DNA of 64,000 nucleotides. Source: an uncultured delta proteobacterium. GTDB taxonomy: Bacteria > Desulfobacterota > Desulfobacteria > Desulfobacterales > JAFDCJ01. The DNA is taken from positions 1-64,000 of the forward strand of contig CAVYNY010000019.1 of the NCBI GenBank assembly GCA_963769935.1. The letters are read 5' to 3'. The notes beneath the pieces are model-generated. The model worked only from the letters and a program-made list of their open reading frames with translations, searched no databases and was not told the origin of the DNA. Made by a program: the position numbers and the translations under genes. Below, one piece after another: positions 33,716 through 43,792 of the stretch. Positions within the stretch are counted from its first letter, which is position 1, and the number at the start of each line of letters is the position of its first letter.

Positions 33716-33930
33716 AAATGACTGCCGTTTCTGGTGGTGTTAAGCTTAATCTTAGTAAAATTTGCCCGATTGGTCAAATCGCATTTAAACCATTACTTTT
33801 AACCTTGCCAGAATACAAAAAATTCTGTTAGAAATGATTCAGCACCCAACGTTTTTTTCCGTCCCAAAACCACGAAAATTTAGGATCACGGAATTAATCT
33901 TAATTTGTCCTTTTCGTCGAGGAAACGACC

Positions 33931-35664
33931 ATGAAACCAAACTCCAATGAAACCCGACCGAAAAACTCAGCCGCTTCCGAGCCGGCTTCAAATTTCATTA
34001 AACATATTATTGATGAGGATTTAAGTACGGGCCGATTTGACAGCCCCATCCATACCCGCTTTCCCCCCGAACCCAACGGTTATCTGCACATGGGTCATGC
34101 CAAGTCGATCTGCCTGAACTTCGGTTTGGCTCAGGAATACAAGGGGCTTTGCAACCTGCGTTACGATGATACCGATCCGAGCAAGGAAGAAATGGAGTAC
34201 GTGGAGTCCATCAAGCAGGATGTGCGCTGGTTGGGATATGAGTGGCAGGATCGGGAGTATTATGCCTCCAATTACTTCGAACAGCTATTTGAATATGCCG
34301 TTCAGCTGATCAAGGCCGGCAAGGCGTACGTGGACAGCCTGAGCGCCGATGAAATCCGGCAATACCGTGGGACCTTGACCGAGCCCGGGAAAAACAGCCC
34401 CTATCGCCAGCGCTCCATCGAGGAGAACCTGGATCTGTTCGAGCGCATGCGGGCCGGCGAATTCAGCGAAGGAGCGCATGTGCTGCGGGCCAAAATCGAC
34501 ATGTCATCCCCCAATATTATTCTGCGGGACCCGACCTTGTATCGCATCAAGTATGTCTCCCATTACCGGATGGCAAGAATGTGGTGTATTTACCCGATGT
34601 ATGATTTTACCCACTGTCTGTCGGATTCCATTGAGGGGATCACGCACTCGATTTGCACCCTGGAATTTGAAACAAACCGCGCGCTTTATGACTGGGTGCT
34701 GGACCAGTTGGAAGTCTATCATCCCCGCCAAATCGAATTTGCACGTCTGAATTTAAATTTCACGGTTTTAAGCAAGCGCAAGCTCATCCGGCTGGTCGAA
34801 GAGGGCTACGTGTCCGGCTGGGACGACCCCCGCCTGCCGACGATCTCCGGCCTGCGCCGGCGCGGGTATACGCCCGAGTCCATCCGCAGTTTTTGCGACC
34901 GCATCGGTGTGGCCAAGGCCGACAGCATGGTCGATATCGCCCTGCTGGAATATTGCATCCGCGAGGATCTGAACAAAAGCGCCCGCCGGGTGATGGGCGT
35001 ACTGCACCCATTGAAAGTCGTGATCGACAACTACCCTGCAGGAAAGACCGAAGAACTGGAAGCCGTCAACAATCCCGAAGATCCGGGCCTGGGCACCCGC
35101 AAGGTACCTTTTTCGCGCGAATTTTATATCGAAAAAGAGGACTTCATGGAGGATCCGCCGAAAAAGTTTTTCCGTCTGGCCCCCGGCCGGGAGGTCCGGC
35201 TGCGCTACGCTTATTTTGTCAAATGCACCGATGTCGTCAAGGATCCTGCAACCGGTGAGGTTGTCGAGCTGCGCTGCACCTATGACCCGGCAACCCGCGG
35301 CGGCGACGCCCCGGACGGACGCAAAGTCAAGGGCACCTTGCACTGGGTGTCGGCGCCGCACTCGATTCCGGCTGAAGTTCGCCTTTACGAGCATCTTTTT
35401 GTGAAGGAAAATCCCGCTGTTGTGGAGGAAGGCAAAGATTTCACGGATTATGTAAATCCCGGATCTTTGGAAGTTTTAAAAGATTGCCGGGTGGAACCCA
35501 GTCTGAAGGATGCCAAACCCGGCGATCGCTGCCAGTTTGAACGACTCGGCTATTTTTGCGCGGATTCAAAAGACTCCGCCCCCGGAGCCCCGGTTTTTAA
35601 CCGCACGGTGACGCTGCGGGATACCTGGGCCAAAATTCTGAAAGCCCAGGAGAAAGGCACTTAA
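33931..35664 (+). CDS. glnS: Glutamine--tRNA ligase
   Basis: [55 protein letters not shown]. Confidence 0.97.
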   Translation: MKPNSNETRPKNSAASEPASNFIKHIIDEDLSTGRFDSPIHTRFPPEPNGYLHMGHAKSICLNFGLAQEYKGLCNLRYDDTDPSKEEMEYVESIKQDVRWLGYEWQDREYYASNYFEQLFEYAVQLIKAGKAYVDSLSADEIRQYRGTLTEPGKNSPYRQRSIEENLDLFERMRAGEFSEGAHVLRAKIDMSSPNIILRDPTLYRIKYVSHYRMARMWCIYPMYDFTHCLSDSIEGITHSICTLEFETNRALYDWVLDQLEVYHPRQIEFARLNLNFTVLSKRKLIRLVEEGYVSGWDDPRLPTISGLRRRGYTPESIRSFCDRIGVAKADSMVDIALLEYCIREDLNKSARRVMGVLHPLKVVIDNYPAGKTEELEAVNNPEDPGLGTRKVPFSREFYIEKEDFMEDPPKKFFRLAPGREVRLRYAYFVKCTDVVKDPATGEVVELRCTYDPATRGGDAPDGRKVKGTLHWVSAPHSIPAEVRLYEHLFVKENPAVVEEGKDFTDYVNPGSLEVLKDCRVEPSLKDAKPGDRCQFERLGYFCADSKDSAPGAPVFNRTVTLRDTWAKILKAQEKGT

Positions 35665-35826
35665 AATAATTAGAGAATCCTGTCCCAGGGCCCAGCCAAC
35701 GGCGGGGTAGGACTTCACTTCGGAGGGATGGTTTCTGTCGTCAGATAATTCATGGAATATTTATACGAAGCAGCCAATCATCTCTGACCTGGCTCAAATG
35801 CCCAGGTTTTCAATGTTTGGAATAAC

Positions 35827-36876
35827 TTAAACAATCTGATCCAGGTACCATTGGTAAACCTGCCGGATTCCCGATTTAAGCTGGATTTTCGGCTGCCACC
35901 CCAGTTTACCCAGCCGGGATCCATCCAGCAGTTTCTGCGGTGTGCCGTCCGGTCTTTCGGCATCCCAATTGATGCTGCCTTTAAAACCCACAACATCGGA
36001 AACTACCTCCGCCAGCTCAAGGATGGTCTGGTCCCTTCCCCAACCGATATTGATAATTTCCGATTCATCGTAGCCACGCATCAGAAACACACCGGCATCG
36101 GCCAGGTCGTCGACATGCAGGAATTCGCGCCGCGGCGTGCCCGTGCCCCAGAGGATTACCACCGGCTGATTCGTTGAGCGGTCGGGCGTTTGATTGGTTG
36201 ACAGGTCGATGCCGATAGATTTCTTTATATCGTCGGGGATGGGCCCAAAGACAGCTTCATCTTTTTGAATTGCCTGCCAATCGCCGGCCGCAGCCAGTTT
36301 GGCCAGGTGAAATTTGCGGATCAGGGCCGGGAGCACATGGGAGGTTTCCAGATCGAAGTTGTCGTTGGGGCCGTAAAGATTGTTGGGCATGACGCTGATG
36401 TAGCGGGTATGATACTGGCGATTGTAGGCCTGGCACATCTTTATCCCGGCAATCTTGGCTACTGCATAAGATTCATTGGTGGGTTCGAGATAATCGGACA
36501 AAAAATATTTTTCCTTGATGGGCTGCGGGCAAAGCTTGGGATAAATGCAGGAGCTGCCCAGAAAGAGCAGTTTTTTTACTTGGTTTTGATAGGACGCATG
36601 AATGATGTTGGTCTGGATGGTGATATTTTCGTATATGAAATTGGCCGGGTAAATGTTGTTGCCCCAGATGCCGCCCACCCTGGCAGCGGCCAGAAAAACA
36701 TATTCCGGCTCTTCTGCCCTGAAAAATGCCTCGACCCGGTCCTGCCGGAGCAAATCCAGCTCAGCATGGGATCGGGTGACGATGTTCCTGTAACCTTCGG
36801 CCTCGAGCCGGCGTACAAAGGCCGAACCGACTAACCCCCCGTGCCCGGCAACATAGATTTTAGCTGTTTTTTCCAT
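35827..36876 (-). CDS. fcl: GDP-L-fucose synthase with a long internal loop insertion
   Basis: AGHGGLVGSA, AARVGGI, LGSSCIYP, LEPTNE.YA.AKIAG, NLYGPNDNF, WGTGTPRREFLHVDD. Confidence 0.94.
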   Translation of the reverse strand: MEKTAKIYVAGHGGLVGSAFVRRLEAEGYRNIVTRSHAELDLLRQDRVEAFFRAEEPEYVFLAAARVGGIWGNNIYPANFIYENITIQTNIIHASYQNQVKKLLFLGSSCIYPKLCPQPIKEKYFLSDYLEPTNESYAVAKIAGIKMCQAYNRQYHTRYISVMPNNLYGPNDNFDLETSHVLPALIRKFHLAKLAAAGDWQAIQKDEAVFGPIPDDIKKSIGIDLSTNQTPDRSTNQPVVILWGTGTPRREFLHVDDLADAGVFLMRGYDESEIINIGWGRDQTILELAEVVSDVVGFKGSINWDAERPDGTPQKLLDGSRLGKLGWQPKIQLKSGIRQVYQWYLDQIV

Positions 36877-36886
36877 CCAAACGTTC

Positions 36887-37753
36887 CTAACGAATAGCCA
36901 CAAACCACGGATTCAGCAGATTCTCCTTGTTATAAACCAGCGGTTCTTCAGTATCGTACTTGAACACCTTGGCCCCGGAGAATTCAACGATGGCCTGGCC
37001 GGCTGCCGTATCCCATTCCATGGTCGGTCCCGTTCTGGGGTAGATGTCCGCCCGGCCCTCGGCTACCAGACATAGCTTAAGAGAACTGCCGGCCGATATA
37101 AATTCAACCTCACCATATTCCCGACGCTTTTTTTCAACAAAAGCCTCTAGTTCGGGTGTCGCATGAGAGCGGCTGCCGGCGATGGTGAATGGTCGATCAG
37201 CTGATGGGGCGAGGGGCAGTTTTGATGAATGCGCAATCAGATCGTGCAGCAGTCGACCTGCGTCGCTGTCCGACATGTCGGCCAGTCGATTCTTCGCGAC
37301 GGATTGGCTGTCCAAAAAGTCGGCTAACCGGCGAACGTCGGCTCGGTAGGCGCCAATTTCTTCGGATGCAAAATATAGAATGTCTTTATCGGGCAGATTG
37401 ACAACACCGGCTATTGGTTTTCGACCGCGAATCATTGCGATGTTGACGGTAAATTCACCGTTTTTCTTGATAAACTCCTTAGTTCCGTCCAGGGGGTCGA
37501 TCAGCCAGTAGACATCCCATTTATTTCTCTGCTGGAAGGGGATATCCTTGCCCTCCTCGCTTAAAATTGAAATGGCGAATTCCGCCAGATCGTTTACTAT
37601 CGTTTTATGAGAAAGCTTGTCTGCAAGGGTGAGCGGTGATTTATCAGCCTTTTCCTCGACCTTGAAATCAGACGATCTATAAACTTCAAGAATCGCATTT
37701 CCGGCCTTGATTGCAGTCTGAATGGAAGCCAACAGGCATATTTTAATGTTCAT
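36887..37753 (-). CDS. cysQ: 3'(2'),5'-bisphosphate nucleotidase
   Basis: KADKSPLT.AD, WLIDPLDGTKEF, SRSH, GSSLKLC, TMEWDTAAG. Confidence 0.95.
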   Translation of the reverse strand: MNIKICLLASIQTAIKAGNAILEVYRSSDFKVEEKADKSPLTLADKLSHKTIVNDLAEFAISILSEEGKDIPFQQRNKWDVYWLIDPLDGTKEFIKKNGEFTVNIAMIRGRKPIAGVVNLPDKDILYFASEEIGAYRADVRRLADFLDSQSVAKNRLADMSDSDAGRLLHDLIAHSSKLPLAPSADRPFTIAGSRSHATPELEAFVEKKRREYGEVEFISAGSSLKLCLVAEGRADIYPRTGPTMEWDTAAGQAIVEFSGAKVFKYDTEEPLVYNKENLLNPWFVAIR

Positions 37754-37936
37754 CTTTTTCCCGATACTCCCTATTATTGCAGCTCCCACCCGTCGATTTC
37801 ATTGGCAAAGTTTGCGTAAGCAACTGAACTAAAAATAAATATTAATGGTTTAACTCCAAATGTTAGTGGGCTTTAGTCTATTATGAACCCAACTGAAAGT
37901 CAATTTGAGATACCGCTGCCTAAATCTTCAACCGAT

Positions 37937-38797
37937 CTACATCACAATTCCCACATATCCCACGAAACTATCGCCCGGTGATTTGTCGAAACTGGTGGCG
38001 TAGGCAATCTCATCCGCTTGATTCGCGCCCAGATTTTTGGCGGCCTCGATGGCAGTGGCGGCCGCCCCCGCACAACATGCATTCCGACTGGCAAGCGCCT
38101 CGGCGATAACTTTTTCAGGCTCCAGCGCCAGCATCGCATTGATGACCCGGCGATCGTTCTCGCTGCGCACCCAGTCCAAGGCCTTTTTACCGGTACCTTT
38201 TGAGGTGAAACCGTAATTGTAGCCGTAATGCGTCAAATCTGTGGAGCCGATGACCTTGACCTTCAAGCCCATTTGATTGGCGATGTCGACGGCCGCCTTA
38301 CCGATCGGCAGAGAACTTTTATTCGGCGGCACGCCCACGGCAACGATCTTCGTCTCCGGGAAAAAGTACTTGATAAACGGCAGCTGCAACTCAACGGTGT
38401 TATCCTGGGTAAACCGATCCGGCGTTTCAAGCGTAAATGAAAAACTTTTTGCCAGTTCGGCCGCCAGCCGCTCTTCGACCGGAATTTCACCGAAGGGTGT
38501 CTCCCAGGCGCCTTCGGGCATCAGATAAGAGGAGGAGTCCGGATGAAGGTGCATGCCGAAGACGACAATCACATCCGGCGGTTCCCGGTCTTTCAATAGG
38601 TTGATCACATTGCAGGCAATACCGCCCGAAAAATACCATCCGGCATGCGGCACAATGCCGCCCACCCGCTTTCGGTCCGGCGGCTTAATGTTCTTGCCCT
38701 CCACCAGAAAACCGGCAATCTCTCTTTCACAATCGGCCGCACTCGAGGGATACCAGCTTCCCGCAAACATCGCCCTTCTGACATTCGAGGTTTTCAT
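37937..38797 (-). CDS. amrB: AmmeMemoRadiSam system protein B (MEMO1 family)
   Basis: AGSWYP, PHAGWYFSG, WETPFG, ELQLPF, STDLTHYG, VGY. Confidence 0.88.
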   Translation of the reverse strand: MKTSNVRRAMFAGSWYPSSAADCEREIAGFLVEGKNIKPPDRKRVGGIVPHAGWYFSGGIACNVINLLKDREPPDVIVVFGMHLHPDSSSYLMPEGAWETPFGEIPVEERLAAELAKSFSFTLETPDRFTQDNTVELQLPFIKYFFPETKIVAVGVPPNKSSLPIGKAAVDIANQMGLKVKVIGSTDLTHYGYNYGFTSKGTGKKALDWVRSENDRRVINAMLALEPEKVIAEALASRNACCAGAAATAIEAAKNLGANQADEIAYATSFDKSPGDSFVGYVGIVM

Positions 38798-39117
38798 GAT
38801 CCACCTCCCATCAGCTTTTAATATAGAGGAAACTGTTTTTATTTTAAAACAACTTAACATGTACCATACTGACTTTAAATTGGCAATTAGGGTTTGCTTT
38901 GATGTTACCCCCGCCGGCGCGCCGTCCCGGCTTGACAGCTAATCATTTATCATTATTGTTAAGTTCGACTTTTCATTTAAAAAAAGATGATTATTTTGAA
39001 TTCAAGTTAATGAAACGAGGGCCGTCTGCGAAAACCGGTACGCGCTGAGATACCGGAAAAATTTAAAAGGTTATGGGGGATGGTCAGGCAACCATTTGAC
39101 CACGCCAGGAGGGTTAT

Positions 39118-39945
39118 ATGTGGGAGTACACGGATAAGGTAAAAGATCATTTTTTAAATCCGCGCAATGTGGGTATCATGGAAGACGCCGACGGCGTCGG
39201 AGAAGTGGGGTCCATCGCATGCGGCGACGCCCTGACATTTTATTTCAAGCTGGATGAAAACGGGAAAATTAAGGATGCCACATTTCAAACCTTCGGGTGT
39301 GCCAGTGCAATTGCATCGTCCTCGGCGCTGACCGAAATGGTGAAAGGCCTGACCCTCGAGGAAGCCAAAAAAATTACCAACGATGACATTGCCGCGTACC
39401 TCGGCGGCCTGCCCAAAGAGAAGATGCACTGTTCGGTTATGGGCCGGGATGCCCTTGAGAAGGCCATCACCTGTTATCTCGGTGAACCTGAAAAAAAATT
39501 GGAAGGCAATATCGTCTGCGAGTGCTTCGGTGTGACGGATGTTGAAATCGCGCGCGTGGTCAGGGAAAACCACCTTTCCACCATCGAGGATGTAACCGAT
39601 TATGTCAAGGCCGGCGGCGGCTGCGGCAACTGCCACGATAAAATTCAGGAAATCATCGACTCCATCATAGGCACGCAACGGCCGCTCAAGAAAAAAGCCC
39701 CGGTGTTGACGAATCTGCAAAAGATTAAGCTGATCGAGGAGAGCATCGAGCGCGAAATCAACCCGAGCCTTAAAAAGGATGCCGGCCGACTGGAGCTGGT
39801 CGATGTGGACGGCAACCGCGTATTGGTACGAATGGGCGGCACCTGCGCATCCTGCGCCAAATCCTCGATTACCCTCAAACACTATGTTGAATCCAAACTG
39901 CGGGAACTGGTAGCGCCTGAACTCGTGGTCGAGGAGGTGCAGTAA
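39118..39945 (+). CDS. nifU: Fe-S cluster scaffold NifU (three-domain)
   Basis: ACGDAL, FGCASAIAS, KMHCS, CECF...GGGCGNC, GTCASC. Confidence 0.95.
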   Translation: MWEYTDKVKDHFLNPRNVGIMEDADGVGEVGSIACGDALTFYFKLDENGKIKDATFQTFGCASAIASSSALTEMVKGLTLEEAKKITNDDIAAYLGGLPKEKMHCSVMGRDALEKAITCYLGEPEKKLEGNIVCECFGVTDVEIARVVRENHLSTIEDVTDYVKAGGGCGNCHDKIQEIIDSIIGTQRPLKKKAPVLTNLQKIKLIEESIEREINPSLKKDAGRLELVDVDGNRVLVRMGGTCASCAKSSITLKHYVESKLRELVAPELVVEEVQ

Positions 39946-41132
39946 TGAAGGTTATCTACCTGGACAATAATGCCACCACTAAAGTTGCCCCGGAAGTGAT
40001 GGAGGCCATGCTGCCGTATTTCAGCGAATATTACGGCAATCCGTCAAGCATGCATTCGTTTGGCGGTGATGTTGCTGCAAAAATCAAAGAGGCGCGCGAA
40101 AATGTGGCCAATCTGATCGGAGCGGCCTCACCGGATGAAATCATTTTTACCAGCTGCGGCACGGAAAGTGACGGCACGGCCATTCGGGCCGCCATTGAGT
40201 CTTACCCCGACAGAAAGCATATTGTCACCTCCAGGGTCGAACATCCCGCCATAAAAAATCTGTTTGAAACCCTGTCCAAAAAAGGCTGCCGGGTTACGTT
40301 TGTGCCGGTTGACCATGAAGGCCGGCTGGATGTGGACTACCTCTACGACAATTTGAGCGACGACACTGCCATCGTCAGTCTGATGTGGGCCAACAATGAA
40401 ACCGGCGTGATCTTTCCGGTGGAAGAAATTTCACAGGAAGTCAAGGACCGGGGAATTGTGTTTCACACCGATGCGGTTCAGGCCGCCGGCAAGTTCCCGA
40501 TCGATGTCAAGACCACCGGAGTGGATATGCTGTCGCTATCAGGCCATAAATTCCACGCCCCCAAGGGCATCGGGGTGCTTTACATCCGCAAAGGCACCAA
40601 ATTTTCTCCCTATATGATCGGCGGGCATCAGGAACACGGCCGCCGCGGCGGAACCGAAAACGTGGCCTCCATCATCGCCCTGGGCAAGGCGGCCGCAATG
40701 GCCAAAATACACCTGAATAACAATGGATATGAGCGCATCGGAAAACTGAGAGACAAACTGGAAACCACCCTGCTGGAAAAGATCCCCCATACCATGATCA
40801 ATGGCGAGCGCGAACACCGCCTGCTGAATACCACCAATATCTCCTTTGAATATGTGGAAGGCGAGGCAATTCTGCTGATGATGAATGAATTCGGCATCTG
40901 CGCCTCATCCGGTTCGGCCTGCACCTCCGGCTCCCTGGAACCGTCTCATGTAATGCGCGCCATGGGAGTGCCGTATACCGCTGCTCACGGCTCCATCCGG
41001 TTCAGCCTCAGCCGCTACTCCAAAGAAGAAGAAATCGATGTCGTCGTTGAAAAGCTTCCGCCCATCATCGAACGCCTGCGGGGGATGTCGCCCTTTTGGA
41101 AAGAAGCCTTCGGGCTGAAAGCTAAATGCTGA
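39945..41132 (+). CDS. nifS: Cysteine desulfurase
   Basis: YLDNNATT, GNPSS, ANNETG, HTDAVQ, SGHKFH, SSGSACTS. Confidence 0.96.
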   Translation: MKVIYLDNNATTKVAPEVMEAMLPYFSEYYGNPSSMHSFGGDVAAKIKEARENVANLIGAASPDEIIFTSCGTESDGTAIRAAIESYPDRKHIVTSRVEHPAIKNLFETLSKKGCRVTFVPVDHEGRLDVDYLYDNLSDDTAIVSLMWANNETGVIFPVEEISQEVKDRGIVFHTDAVQAAGKFPIDVKTTGVDMLSLSGHKFHAPKGIGVLYIRKGTKFSPYMIGGHQEHGRRGGTENVASIIALGKAAAMAKIHLNNNGYERIGKLRDKLETTLLEKIPHTMINGEREHRLLNTTNISFEYVEGEAILLMMNEFGICASSGSACTSGSLEPSHVMRAMGVPYTAAHGSIRFSLSRYSKEEEIDVVVEKLPPIIERLRGMSPFWKEAFGLKAKC

Positions 41133-41157
41133 AAATTGAAGGGGTTGATTGAGTTTA

Positions 41158-41406
41158 ATGACTGTACAGGTAAACATAGGTGAAGCTAAATCCAAACTAT
41201 CGAAATTGATCAACCAGGTAATTGCAGGCGAGGAGGTCATTATTGCCAAATCGGGCAAGCCCGTAGCCAAAATCGTACCGCTTGAAAAACCGATTCAGGA
41301 TCGCAAACCCGGATCGGCAAAGGGCAGAATAATCATTGCTGATAATTTCGATGCACCGCTGCCTGACGATATTTTTAAGGAATTCTACAAAGGAAATATA
41401 ATTTAA
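41158..41406 (+). CDS. Phd/YefM-family antitoxin, no cognate toxin adjacent
   Basis: VNIGEAKSKLSKLI...GEEVIIAKSGKPVAKIVP...RKPG...DNFDAPLP. Confidence 0.88.
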   Translation: MTVQVNIGEAKSKLSKLINQVIAGEEVIIAKSGKPVAKIVPLEKPIQDRKPGSAKGRIIIADNFDAPLPDDIFKEFYKGNII

Positions 41407-41527
41407 AAGTGGTCTGGTAAGGCAAGGGTGATAGGACATTTAAGAAAGTTTTATAACGCTGTGCGCTCGCCGGGATAAATCCGCGATCCGCAATCAAGCC
41501 GTTCTCACCAGCAGCCTCTTTTTTACA

Positions 41528-41615
41528 CTATGCTCTATGCGAATATGTTCCGCCTTCCCCCTTCCGAACTCCATCCTCTGTCATCAGTTCTCTGTCTTCC
41601 GCCATCTGGCTCCTG
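41528..41615. repeat. Stacked degenerate heptamer arrays after the hypB stop
   Basis: ctatgct ctatgcg; ttccgcc ttcccc ttccgaa; tcctctg tcatcag ttctctg tcttccg ccatctg. Confidence 0.65.
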
Positions 41616-42410
41616 TCATGTGTCTTCCGTCTTCTGCTTTACCTTCCCCTTAAGCCACTCCAGCCAAGGCTCCAATCCTTCCTCAGTTTTTGCGGACATC
41701 TCAAAAATCGGCATATCAGGGTGAACCTGGTGGATGAAGTCGATAGCCTTTTGCTTGTCGTAGTCCAGATAAGGCAGCAGATCAATCTTATTGAGTAAAG
41801 CAACTTCACATTCCCGGAACATGAGCGGGTATTTTACGGGCTTGTCTTCACCCTCCGTCACGCTCAATACCACCACGCGGGTGTCTTCACCGATATCGAA
41901 CTCAGCCGGACAGACCAGGTTGCCGACATTTTCTACGATTAATAGATCGAGATCATCCAATTCCAGGCTCACGGCGGCCTTTTCAATCACGTGGGCGACA
42001 AGGTGGCAATCGCCGCCGAATTCGTCCGTATTGATCTGCACCACGGGTGCACCGCTTAGGGCCAGCCGGTCGGCATCATTGGTGGTGCAGATGTCGCCGA
42101 CGATCACCGCCGCTTTTATCTCCGGCATAATGCGGGCCAGCGTCTTTTCCAGGGTGGTGGTCTTGCCGGAACCCGGAGAACTCATGACGTTGATGACAAA
42201 TACGCCCTTATCCGCAAACAGCCGGCGGTTTTCGGCCGCCATCTTATCATTGACGTCAAGAACACGACGAACCACCTTGATTTCCCGAGTTCCGCTCTTT
42301 TGGGTGGTGACGCCGGAATCACCGTCACGGGCATGGGAATGCGGATGTTGGTGATGGGAATCCGTATGGTGAAAGTATTTTGGGGTTTTAAATAACCTGT
42401 CAAGAAACAT
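41616..42410 (-). CDS. hypB: Nickel-incorporation GTPase HypB with His-rich N-terminus
   Basis: SSPGSGKTT, CH, ENVGNLVCPA, EGEDKP.KYP, NKIDL. Confidence 0.94.
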   Translation of the reverse strand: MFLDRLFKTPKYFHHTDSHHQHPHSHARDGDSGVTTQKSGTREIKVVRRVLDVNDKMAAENRRLFADKGVFVINVMSSPGSGKTTTLEKTLARIMPEIKAAVIVGDICTTNDADRLALSGAPVVQINTDEFGGDCHLVAHVIEKAAVSLELDDLDLLIVENVGNLVCPAEFDIGEDTRVVVLSVTEGEDKPVKYPLMFRECEVALLNKIDLLPYLDYDKQKAIDFIHQVHPDMPIFEMSAKTEEGLEPWLEWLKGKVKQKTEDT

Positions 42411-42765
42411 GGTCGTCCTCTCCGGAAATTTCGATTGATTCGATATCAAGTTCGCGGCCGGAAATAATCTCAAGCGCTCCGCTGCCGCAGTTTTCGCAGG
42501 TAAAGGCCGGACTGTTGATGGTCCATTGCGCATCGCAATCTTTGCACCTGGCCACCACCGGCAACTCTTCAATCGCCAGGGTCGCGCCGTCGAGCGGCGT
42601 ATCCTTGACGACAACTTCAAAACAAAATCGTAAACTATCCGGCACCACGGCAGCCAGTTTGCCGATTTTTAAATTCACTTTTTCAATTCGCACCTTTCCA
42701 GCATCCGGCGGGATGGAGGCGGTGGCTATTTCAACAATCTGCAGCGCGATGCCCATTTCATGCAT
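42400..42765 (-). CDS. hypA: Nickel metallochaperone HypA
   Basis: MHEM, CKDC, CENCG, GREL. Confidence 0.96.
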   Translation of the reverse strand: MHEMGIALQIVEIATASIPPDAGKVRIEKVNLKIGKLAAVVPDSLRFCFEVVVKDTPLDGATLAIEELPVVARCKDCDAQWTINSPAFTCENCGSGALEIISGRELDIESIEISGEDDHVS

Positions 42766-43640
42766 TATAAATTAAACACCTCCGCACAAAGCTGCCCAAT
42801 TTCGCCCAGATTCTCGCACACATGAATGCCGGCGGCCTGCATAGCGGCGATTTTAGCCTTCGCCGTGCCGCTGCCGCCGCTGATGATCGCACCCGCATGC
42901 CCCATACGCCGTCCCGGCGGCGCTGTCAGGCCTGCAATAAATCCGACAACCGGCTTGCTCATTTTTGAGGACACAAATTTGCAGGCCTCTTCCTCGGCGG
43001 TCCCGCCGATTTCGCCGACCATGACGACCCCTTCCGTATCCGGGTCATTTTCGAAAGCCGCCAGGCAATCGATAAAGTTTGATCCGATGATCGGATCGCC
43101 GCCGATACCGATGCACGTCGTCTGTCCGATATTTTGTAGTGTTAACTGATTGACCACCTCATAGGTTAGGGTCCCGGACCGCGATATGACCCCAATCGGT
43201 CCGCCGGGTTTATGAATCGCAGCCGGCATAATGCCGATTTTGGCCTCGCCGGGCGTAATGATTCCCGGACAATTGGGTCCGATCAGGCGCGAGGGCTTGC
43301 CCACCAGAAAATTCATGACCTTCATCATATCCAGGACCGGAATGCCCTCGGTGATCGCCACAATGACACCGATTCCGGCATCAGCGGCTTCCATAATTGA
43401 TTCCGCTGCAAATGCCGGCGGCACAAAAATCAGACTGCAGCTGGCGCCGGTTTCATCCACCGCGGTTTGGACCGTATTAAAAACAGGGATATCGTCCATT
43501 TTCTGGCCGGCTTTGCCCGGTGTGACCCCGGCGACCACCCGGGTTCCGTATGCCACGCAGCGACGGGTGTGAAACTGTCCCTCCCGGCCGGTAATGCCCT
43601 GAACCACAACCCGTGAGTTTTTATCTACGAAGATGCTCAT
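42765..43640 (-). CDS. sucD: Succinate--CoA ligase alpha subunit
   Basis: [33 protein letters not shown]. Confidence 0.96.
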   Translation of the reverse strand: MSIFVDKNSRVVVQGITGREGQFHTRRCVAYGTRVVAGVTPGKAGQKMDDIPVFNTVQTAVDETGASCSLIFVPPAFAAESIMEAADAGIGVIVAITEGIPVLDMMKVMNFLVGKPSRLIGPNCPGIITPGEAKIGIMPAAIHKPGGPIGVISRSGTLTYEVVNQLTLQNIGQTTCIGIGGDPIIGSNFIDCLAAFENDPDTEGVVMVGEIGGTAEEEACKFVSSKMSKPVVGFIAGLTAPPGRRMGHAGAIISGGSGTAKAKIAAMQAAGIHVCENLGEIGQLCAEVFNL

Positions 43641-43694
43641 TGTTTATTCCTTAATTCGTAAAGCTTAAATAATTACTCAACTCAATCAACCCCT

Positions 43695-43792
43695 TTGGCT
43701 TTCAGCTTTAAGCTTTCCCGCCTCCAACCTCTATCCTCTAACCTCCAACCTCAAGCCGGCCGCCCTCTGCGCTTTGCGCCCCGCTCTGTCCT
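43695..43792. repeat. Stacked heptamer arrays after the sucC stop
   Basis: gctttca gctttaa gctttcc; cctccaa cctctat cctctaa cctccaa cctcaag; ctctgcg ctttgcg. Confidence 0.75.

Noticed and set aside
38881..38897. Sigma54 promoter upstream of nifU (TGGCAA...TTGC)
   Set aside because: GG-to-GC spacing is two bases too long for the -24/-12 consensus.
39118..41132. Nitrogen fixation cluster
   Set aside because: nifU/nifS alone serve as a general Fe-S assembly system in many anaerobes; no nifHDK in the window.
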